Assembly (NCBI GenBank): GCA_016793065.1 | Contig: JAEULV010000112.1 | Span: 6,279 to 30,278, forward strand | From: Hyphomicrobiaceae bacterium | GTDB lineage: Bacteria; Pseudomonadota; Alphaproteobacteria; Rhizobiales; Ancalomicrobiaceae | Direction: 5' to 3' | DNA length: 24,000 bases | Part shown: in pieces, positions 17,707 through 24,000 of the stretch | Layout of the letters: every line of letters begins with the position of its first letter | Position numbering within the stretch: the first letter of the stretch is position 1 | Notes under the pieces: model-generated | The model's input: only the letters and a program-made list of their open reading frames with translations | Database searches by the model: none | Told to the model about the DNA's origin: nothing | Translations under genes and position numbers: made by a program

Positions 17707-17931
17707 TCAGCACCAATCGGTTTAAGCACCGGTTCGGACCGATCCAACTGAATCGAAATGCGGCAGTTGCCTATTTTGAATGCATTTTTCCGCCACCGTT
17801 TCATCACAATTTCGATCGACGCCTAATTATTGATCAAACTCGCGGCAATTGACCGAAACGGGTTGACTCGCGAATGGGCGCCCTTGGCAAAAGCGACGCA
17901 ATTTCAAGGTTTCCGAAAGATTGAGGCCGGT

Positions 17932-17947
17932 TGGCACGCGGCTTGAT
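17932..17947 (+). promoter_or_regulatory. Sigma-54 (-24/-12) promoter of glnK-amtB
   Basis: TGGCACGcggcTTGAt has exactly the spacing of the consensus TGGCACG-N4-TTGCW, about 95 nt upstream of the glnK ATG. glnK-amtB is a classical NtrC/sigma-54 target. Confidence 0.6.
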
Positions 17948-18002
17948 TAGAGGTGGCTGGCGCCGGTCGCGGGATGACCCCGGCCGCTTGTCAGATCCTT
18001 AA

Positions 18003-18380
<378 letters not shown>

Positions 18381-18409
18381 TCCGGCTCGAACCCCAGGAG
18401 TTTCAACTC

Positions 18410-19981
18410 ATGTCGATTACTCGTTCGATTCGAGCCGGCGGCTTGGCAGCGCTCTTTGGCGCGGCCGGTTCGGCTCTGCTTCCCACCCTGGCGATGGCGG
18501 CTGATTCGCCGTATTCGATCGACAAGGGCGACACCACCTGGATGATCGTCGCGACCGCGCTCGTGGTCGTCATGACCATCCCGGGCCTGGCGCTGTTCTA
18601 CGGCGGCCTGGTGCGCGCCAAGAACATCCTGTCGATCCTGATGCAGGTGATGATCATCTTCTCGCTGATCTCGATCCTGTGGATCGTGTACGGCTATTCG
18701 GTGGCGTTCACCGCCAACCCGAACTCGGCGATCAACCCGTTCTTCGGTGGTCTTTCCAAGGCGTTCCTGTCGGGCGTGACCTACGCTTCCGACGCGACGA
18801 CCCTGACCGCGGTCGCGGGCACGTTCTCCAAGGGCGTCTACCTGCCGGAACTGACCTTCGTCATGTTCCAGCTGACCTTCGCGGCGATCACCCCGGCCCT
18901 GATCATCGGCGCCTTCGCCGAACGCATGAAGTTCTCGGCGATCCTGATCTTCATGGTGATCTGGTTCACCTTCGCCTACCTGCCGATGGCCCACATGGTG
19001 TGGTTCTGGGGCGGTCCGGACGCCTACACGCTGGCTGAATCGAACCTGCCGTACCTGACGGGCGTGCTGGGTGGCGAGGATGCCGCCAAGGCGCTGCTGG
19101 CCGAATACGCTGCCGCCGCCACCGACGAGGCCAAGGCCGCCGTCCTGACCAAGCTGTCCGACGCCGTCGGTGCCGGCAACGGCTACCTGTTCGCCAAGGG
19201 CGCGCTCGACTTCGCCGGCGGTACCGTCGTGCACATCAATGCCGGCGTCGCGGCGCTGGTCTGCGCCATCGTCCTCGGCAAGCGCGTCGGCGTCGGCAAG
19301 GACAACATGGCCCCGCACAACCTGCCGATGACCCTGATCGGCACCGGCCTGCTGTTCTTCGGCTGGTTCGGCTTCAATGCCGGCTCGAACCTCGAGTCGT
19401 CGGGCCTCGCCGCCCTGGCGCTGCTGAACACCATCATCGCCACCGCTGCCGCGACGCTGGCCTGGTCGTTCCTGGAATGGGCCACCCGCGGCCATCCGAG
19501 CCTCCTCGGCGCGGCCTCGGGTGCGGTTGCCGGCCTCGTCGCCGTCACCCCGGCCTGCGGCTGGGTCGGTCCGATGGGCGCCATCGCTATCGGCTTCGCC
19601 GCCGGCGCGGTCTGCCTGTGGGCGGTCGTGTGGCTGAAGCCCAAGCTCGGCTATGACGACAGCCTCGACGTCTTCGGCGTTCATGGCATCGGCGGCATCC
19701 TCGGCGCCCTGCTGACCGGCGTGTTCTTCCACCCGGATCTCGGCGGCGTCGGTGTCACCGACTACCTCGCCGCCGACACCTCGGTGAAGGCTGCCGACAT
19801 CTCGATCGGCACCCAGGTCTGGATCCAGGCCCAGGGCGTGCTGACCGCGATCATCTGGACCGCCGTCGTGTCGTTCATCGCCCTGATGATCGCCAAGTTC
19901 ACGGTCGGCCTGCGCGTCACCGAGGCCGAAGAGCGCGAAGGCCTCGACGTCACCTCGCACGGCGAGCGCGCCTACAACTGA
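18410..19981 (+). CDS. amtB: Ammonium transporter AmtB (with signal peptide and an extended periplasmic loop)
   Basis: The ATG at 18410 has AGGAG 9 nt upstream. The signal peptide ends ...LAMAADS. Conserved motifs are AHMVW, GALDFAGGTVVHINAG, GWFGFNAGS, DVFGVHGIGGILG and EREGLDVTSHGERAYN. Confidence 0.95.
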   Translation: MSITRSIRAGGLAALFGAAGSALLPTLAMAADSPYSIDKGDTTWMIVATALVVVMTIPGLALFYGGLVRAKNILSILMQVMIIFSLISILWIVYGYSVAFTANPNSAINPFFGGLSKAFLSGVTYASDATTLTAVAGTFSKGVYLPELTFVMFQLTFAAITPALIIGAFAERMKFSAILIFMVIWFTFAYLPMAHMVWFWGGPDAYTLAESNLPYLTGVLGGEDAAKALLAEYAAAATDEAKAAVLTKLSDAVGAGNGYLFAKGALDFAGGTVVHINAGVAALVCAIVLGKRVGVGKDNMAPHNLPMTLIGTGLLFFGWFGFNAGSNLESSGLAALALLNTIIATAAATLAWSFLEWATRGHPSLLGAASGAVAGLVAVTPACGWVGPMGAIAIGFAAGAVCLWAVVWLKPKLGYDDSLDVFGVHGIGGILGALLTGVFFHPDLGGVGVTDYLAADTSVKAADISIGTQVWIQAQGVLTAIIWTAVVSFIALMIAKFTVGLRVTEAEEREGLDVTSHGERAYN

Positions 19982-19991
19982 TCGATCCTTG

Positions 19992-20013
19992 CCGGGGGCT
20001 TTCGAGCCCCCGG
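19992..20013 (+). other. Stable hairpin with a UUCG tetraloop directly after the amtB stop
   Basis: CCGGGGGCT-TTCG-AGCCCCCGG has a 9-bp perfect stem. No T-tract follows it. Confidence 0.6.
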
Positions 20014-20089
20014 ATCCCTCCTGTCAGAACACTGAGCCGATCCAATCGCGTGACCGCCGATCCTCCCGGTGGCGGCACGCCCGGCTCCC

Positions 20090-20125
20090 AAACCCCGGAC
20101 GCCTGGTGCGTTCGGGGTTTTTTTG
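20090..20125 (+). terminator. Rho-independent terminator ending the glnK-amtB transcript
   Basis: AACCCCGGA-cgcctggtgcg-TTCGGGGTT followed by TTTTTTG (T-run 20118-20124). Confidence 0.75.
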
Positions 20126-20189
20126 TCAGCGGCGGCCGGCATCGGGGTTGTGTCGAATTGACGAGGCGACGGCGGTTTCCTCGTCTTGG

Positions 20190-20205
20190 TTAAACGGCCC
20201 TTAAC
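20190..20205 (+). promoter_or_regulatory. CtrA-box (TTAA-N7-TTAAC) upstream of the aminotransferase-ftsK operon
   Basis: TTAAacggcccTTAAC matches the full CtrA consensus exactly. It lies 35 nt upstream of the ATG at 20240. Confidence 0.5.
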
Positions 20206-20239
20206 CGGTGGGCTTTAGCGTCGACGGCGGAGGAACTCC

Positions 20240-21442
20240 ATGACCGCCGTTTCGTCGTCCGCCGCATCGCCCCTGACATCGCCGTTTCAACGACTTGCCG
20301 CGCTGCTGGAAGGCGTGCCGGCGGGGCGTGAACCGACGCTGAGCATGACCGTCGGCGAACCGCGGCATCCGGTGCCGGATTTCGTCGCGCCGATGCTCGC
20401 CGCCAATATCAAGGGGTTCGGCCAGTATCCGCAGGCGCGCGGCACCGACGGGTTTCGCGCGGCGGTGGCGGGTTGGCTCGGCCGGCGCTACGGGCTTGGC
20501 GAGCGGATCGACCCGGCGACGATGATCCTGCCGCTCAACGGCTCGCGCGAGGGGCTATTCTACGCGGCGATCCAGGCGCGGTCCGACAGCCGCAAGGCCG
20601 GGCGGCCGGCGATGCTGCTGCCCAATCCGTTCTACCAGACCTATGCGGCGGCGGCGTTGGCGGCGGGTTGTGAGCCGATCATGGTCGCGGCCGGGCCGGA
20701 AACCGGGTTCCTGCCGGATATCGCGGCGTTGCCGGCGGATGTGCTGGCGCGGGCGATCGGCTGCTACTATGCCTCGCCGGCCAATCCGCAGGGCGCGGTG
20801 GCGGACCGGGCGACGCTGGCGCGGTTGATCGAGCTGGCGCGGGCGCATGATTTCCTGCTGTTTGCCGACGAATGCTATTCCGAGATCTATCGAGGCGTCG
20901 CGGCGCCGGCTGGCGCGCTCGAGGTGGCGGCGATGACCGGATCGTTCGATCGGGTCATCGTGTTCAATTCGCTGTCGAAGCGATCCAATCTGGCGGGGTT
21001 GCGCTGTGGCTTCGCCGCCGGCGATCCGGCGTTCCTGAAGCGCTGGCACGACTTCCGCAACATGGCGGCGCCGCAGGTGCCGAATCCGGTGCAGGCGGTG
21101 GCGGTGGCGGCCTATGCCGACGAAACCCATGTGATCGAGAATCGCCGGCTCTACGACGCCAAGTATGCCGTTGCCGAGGCTGTGCTGGGCTCGCGCTTCG
21201 GCTTTGCCACGCCACCGGGTGGGTTCTTCCTGTGGCTCGACGTGGGGGCACAGGGCGGCGGCGAGGCGGTGACGCTGCGGCTGTGGCGCGAGGCCGGGCT
21301 GCGGGTGATCCCCGGCGGCTATCTGGCGGCAACCGGGGCCGACGGCCGCAATCCCGGCGACAACTATATCCGAATCGCACTTGTCGATGGGCTTGACCTC
21401 ACCCGCGAGGCCCTGACCCGACTCGTTGAAACCGTGGGCTGA
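20240..21442 (+). CDS. PLP-dependent class-I aminotransferase (DapC/AlaC-like)
   Basis: This 400-aa protein has [40 protein letters not shown] and the PLP-lysine motif [26 protein letters not shown] at 20229-20235. The substrate cannot be assigned from sequence alone. Confidence 0.85.
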   Translation: MTAVSSSAASPLTSPFQRLAALLEGVPAGREPTLSMTVGEPRHPVPDFVAPMLAANIKGFGQYPQARGTDGFRAAVAGWLGRRYGLGERIDPATMILPLNGSREGLFYAAIQARSDSRKAGRPAMLLPNPFYQTYAAAALAAGCEPIMVAAGPETGFLPDIAALPADVLARAIGCYYASPANPQGAVADRATLARLIELARAHDFLLFADECYSEIYRGVAAPAGALEVAAMTGSFDRVIVFNSLSKRSNLAGLRCGFAAGDPAFLKRWHDFRNMAAPQVPNPVQAVAVAAYADETHVIENRRLYDAKYAVAEAVLGSRFGFATPPGGFFLWLDVGAQGGGEAVTLRLWREAGLRVIPGGYLAATGADGRNPGDNYIRIALVDGLDLTREALTRLVETVG

Positions 21443-21447
21443 CCGAC

Positions 21448-24000
21448 ATGAACAGCCGTTCGCCGCTCAATCCGGCACCGTCGATGAACCGTGGTCAGGC
21501 CGCCGGCCGGGCCCAGGCACCGCGCCCGGCGCAAGCGCAGGCGATGTCGCGCGCGGCGACCGGATGGCGGCCACCGCGCGCCGGGCTGTTCGCCCGGTTC
21601 GACGAGGGCCTGCGCCAGACGCTGGGGCGCAACGTCGCCAGCGTCACCGGGCTGGCGGCGATTGCGTTCGCGGCCGCGCTGGCGGCGTCGCTGGCGACGT
21701 GGTCGATCCAGGATCCGAGCTTCAGCAATGCCACCAGCGGGCCGGCGCGCAATGCGCTCGGGTTCATCGGCGCGGCGCTGTCGGACCTGTTCATGCAGCT
21801 GTTCGGCTTTGCCTCGATGGCGCTGATCGTGCCGCTGGTGGTCTGGGGCTGGCGACTGATGTCGGGCTCGGGCGGCGAGATCACCCGGCGCCGGCTGGCG
21901 CTGGGGATCGGCGGGGCGCTGATGGTCAGCGGCTTCCTGGCGGCGATCCATCCGCCGGCCGGCTGGCCGTTGCCGGTCGGGCTCGGCGGCGTCACCGGCG
22001 ATGTGCTGTTCAAGATCCCGTCGGCGTTTTCGAGCAACGAGCCGGTGGTGAAGATGATCGCCATCGCGCTGTTCGGCGTCAGCGCAGCGATCGGACTGAT
22101 CGCGTCGTTCGGACCGCGCCGGACCCATGAGGTTCCCGCGGAGCAGATGGCGCATCCGGCGTCGGCGGCGCGCGCCGCCGAGCCGCAGGTCGACGACGGT
22201 GAGGACGATGGCGACGGTTTCGGCGCCCGTCTGATCGGGGCGTTGCAGCACTGGATGCTGACGGCGCGGTCGGGGCTGTCGCGGCGCACCGGCATCGGCC
22301 GGCGCGGTCCGGCGGAATTCGGCGCCGGCTTCAACGGACGGATGGGCGGCTGGCTGGACGAGCAGGACGAGGGCTATGACCCCCGCCGGCAACCACCGCC
22401 GCCGCCGCAGGAGGCGGACTACGATCCGCGTCCGCGCCAGGACTATCGTCCGGCGCAGGCCCCCGCGCCGGCGACGTTCCAGCCGTCGCGCCGGGCCGAG
22501 CCCGCCATGGCGCCGTTGCCGCCGGCCGCCGCGGCGCCGCATTATGCCGACGAGGATGACTACGAAGCGGAGATGGCGCCGCCGGCGCCGCAGCCGGAGC
22601 GCATCCGCACCCGTTATCCGGTGGCGCCGGTGCCGATGACCGGCACCTCGCGGGCGACGGCGACGGTGGTGATGCCGAAGCCGGTGATGGCGCCGGAACT
22701 CGACGACGGCGACGATGAGGATGTTCCGCCGTTTTCGGGCTCGACCCGGGTCGCGCATGGACGCGGCTCGATCTCGGTCCGGTCGCCGGCGCGCGAGCCG
22801 GAGCGGATCGAACCGCCGATGCATGCGCCGGAACCGGACTATGACGACGAACCGGAGCATGAGCCGGAACCGGCGTTCACGCGGACGTCGCAGCGCATGG
22901 CCGAGCCGGAGCCGCCGCGCGAGATCCCGCGCGAGCCGGTGACGCGGCAGGCGGCGATCCGCTCGGTGCATTCGGCGGCGCCGCTCGGCATGGGCAATGA
23001 CGAACGCCGCGTGGCGGTGGCGCCGGGGCCGAAGCCGCTGGAGCAATCGAAGCGGCCGCCGCACGAGGTCAATCCGCGCGGGCGGGTGGATGGCGGCTAT
23101 GAATTCCCGTCGCTGGCGCTCTTGAGCGAGCCGAAGCGCATCGGCAAGGACCAGACGATGTCGGTCGAGCAGATGCAGCGCAATGCTGGCGACCTCGAGG
23201 GCGTGCTCGAGGATTTCGGCATCAAGGGCGAGATCATCAACGTGCGTCCGGGCCCGGTGGTGACGCTTTACGAGCTGGAGCCGGCGGCGGGCATCAAGTC
23301 GTCGCGGGTGATCGGCCTTGCCGACGACATCGCCCGGTCGATGTGCGCGGTGTCGGCCCGCGTCGCCGTGGTGCCGGGCCGCAACGTCATCGGCATCGAA
23401 CTGCCGAACCAGACGCGCGAGACGGTGTTCCTGCGCGAACTCGCCAATTCGTCGGAATTCGCCACCTCGAACCAGAAGCTGGCGCTGTGCATGGGCAAGA
23501 CCATCGGCGGCGAGCCGGTGATCGCCGATCTGGCGCGGATGCCGCATCTGCTCGTCGCCGGCACGACCGGCTCGGGCAAGTCGGTGGCGATCAACACCAT
23601 GATCCTGTCGCTGCTCTACCGGCTGACGCCGCAGCAGTGCAAGCTGATCATGATCGATCCGAAGATGCTGGAATTGTCGGTCTATGACGGCATTCCGCAC
23701 CTGCTGTCGCCGGTGGTGACCGACCCGAAAAAGGCGGTGGTGGCATTGAAGTGGACGGTCCGCGAGATGGAGGACCGCTACAAGAAGATGTCGAAGCTCG
23801 GAGTGCGCAACATCGACGGCTTCAATGCCCGCGTCGCCGAGGCACAGGCCCATGGCGAGAGCCTGAGCCGGATGATCCAGACCGGCTTCGATCGCGAGAC
23901 CGGCGAGCCGATCTACGAGCAGGAAGAACTGGCGCTGTCGCCGCTGCCGTACATCGTCGTCATCGTCGACGAAATGGCCGACCTGATGATGGTCGCCGGC
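21448..24000 (+). CDS. ftsK: DNA translocase FtsK, 3' end beyond the window
   Basis: Frame 1 is open from the ATG at 21448 to the window end (851 codons). This ORF is absent from the track because it has no stop in the window. The N-terminal 4-TM domain includes [48 protein letters not shown] and [18 protein letters not shown] roughly 330-aa Pro/Glu/Asp-rich linker follows. The motor domain has [27 protein letters not shown], the Walker A motif [14 protein letters not shown] and the Walker B motif [14 protein letters not shown]. Confidence 0.95.
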   Translation, partial: MNSRSPLNPAPSMNRGQAAGRAQAPRPAQAQAMSRAATGWRPPRAGLFARFDEGLRQTLGRNVASVTGLAAIAFAAALAASLATWSIQDPSFSNATSGPARNALGFIGAALSDLFMQLFGFASMALIVPLVVWGWRLMSGSGGEITRRRLALGIGGALMVSGFLAAIHPPAGWPLPVGLGGVTGDVLFKIPSAFSSNEPVVKMIAIALFGVSAAIGLIASFGPRRTHEVPAEQMAHPASAARAAEPQVDDGEDDGDGFGARLIGALQHWMLTARSGLSRRTGIGRRGPAEFGAGFNGRMGGWLDEQDEGYDPRRQPPPPPQEADYDPRPRQDYRPAQAPAPATFQPSRRAEPAMAPLPPAAAAPHYADEDDYEAEMAPPAPQPERIRTRYPVAPVPMTGTSRATATVVMPKPVMAPELDDGDDEDVPPFSGSTRVAHGRGSISVRSPAREPERIEPPMHAPEPDYDDEPEHEPEPAFTRTSQRMAEPEPPREIPREPVTRQAAIRSVHSAAPLGMGNDERRVAVAPGPKPLEQSKRPPHEVNPRGRVDGGYEFPSLALLSEPKRIGKDQTMSVEQMQRNAGDLEGVLEDFGIKGEIINVRPGPVVTLYELEPAAGIKSSRVIGLADDIARSMCAVSARVAVVPGRNVIGIELPNQTRETVFLRELANSSEFATSNQKLALCMGKTIGGEPVIADLARMPHLLVAGTTGSGKSVAINTMILSLLYRLTPQQCKLIMIDPKMLELSVYDGIPHLLSPVVTDPKKAVVALKWTVREMEDRYKKMSKLGVRNIDGFNARVAEAQAHGESLSRMIQTGFDRETGEPIYEQEELALSPLPYIVVIVDEMADLMMVAG

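Noticed and set aside
17708-17735. Two direct AGCACC half-sites (CAGCACCAATCGGTTTAAGCACCGG) as possible NtrC binding sites.
   Set aside because: They are direct rather than inverted and do not fit TGCACC-N5-GGTGCA. They also lie immediately after the tesB stop, more than 200 bp from the -24 element. The support is insufficient.
17854-17870. CGAAACGGGTTGACTCG upstream of glnK is 16/17 identical to CGAAACGGGTTGAGTCG at 2605-2621, which suggests a shared regulatory site.
   Set aside because: A back-of-envelope estimate gives a per-base match probability of about 0.28 at this composition and about 6e8 position pairs on both strands. That predicts on the order of ten 16/17 matches in a 24-kb window by chance, so the pair alone is not significant. 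The local clustering of CGAAACG at 2605-2696 is significant and is reported separately.
21043-21060. Sigma-54-like TGGCACgacttCCGCA inside the aminotransferase gene, upstream of ftsK.
   Set aside because: The -12 element lacks the TTGC core. It lies inside a CDS with no activator sites nearby. The string encodes part of KRWHDFRN, so the sequence is explained by coding constraint.
22330-23090. Repetitive-looking Pro/Glu/Asp-rich stretch ([35 protein letters not shown]) that could be mistaken for a repeat array.
   Set aside because: It is in frame within ftsK, between the 4-TM domain and the motor domain. It corresponds to the well-known variable low-complexity FtsK linker. It has no exact DNA tandem repeats and no CRISPR-like spacing.

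Overview
This is a GC-rich window (about two-thirds G+C by eye, with third codon positions almost always G/C). Its gene order is typical of an alphaproteobacterial, Rhizobiales/Hyphomicrobiales-like core chromosome at the partition locus. I support 22 protein genes. They are rsmG (5' truncated), parA and parB; a convergent block of GT-C-like membrane protein, holA, lptE and leuS; yggS; DUF1223 and DUF2794 proteins; ppa; a GNAT / PAP2 / GNAT cluster; a UbiH-family monooxygenase; a ParD/ParE-type toxin-antitoxin pair; tesB; glnK-amtB behind a sigma-54 promoter; and a class-I aminotransferase followed by ftsK, which runs off the right edge. I found no rRNA, tRNA, CRISPR array, transposase or integrase. 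I found no convincing multi-gene novel system such as a defence island or secretion system, and the window is mostly housekeeping. The parts worth a second look are small and mostly non-coding. (1) An orphan plus-strand terminator, the inverted twin of the ppa terminator, lies in a 500-bp spacer and implies an unannotated small transcript. (2) The amtB 3' UTR is structured, has two CCUCC motifs and carries its own terminator. (3) A perfect CtrA box lies in front of the aminotransferase-ftsK operon. (4) Four phased CGAAACG repeats and a degenerate parS sit just downstream of parB. (5) AmtB carries a roughly 55-aa insertion between its W148 and D160 equivalents. (6) A PAP2 phosphatase has SGE in place of the PSGH motif. 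(7) A GT-C membrane protein and a parDE module look like small insertions into conserved synteny. The many long ORFs antisense to real genes are high-GC artefacts.
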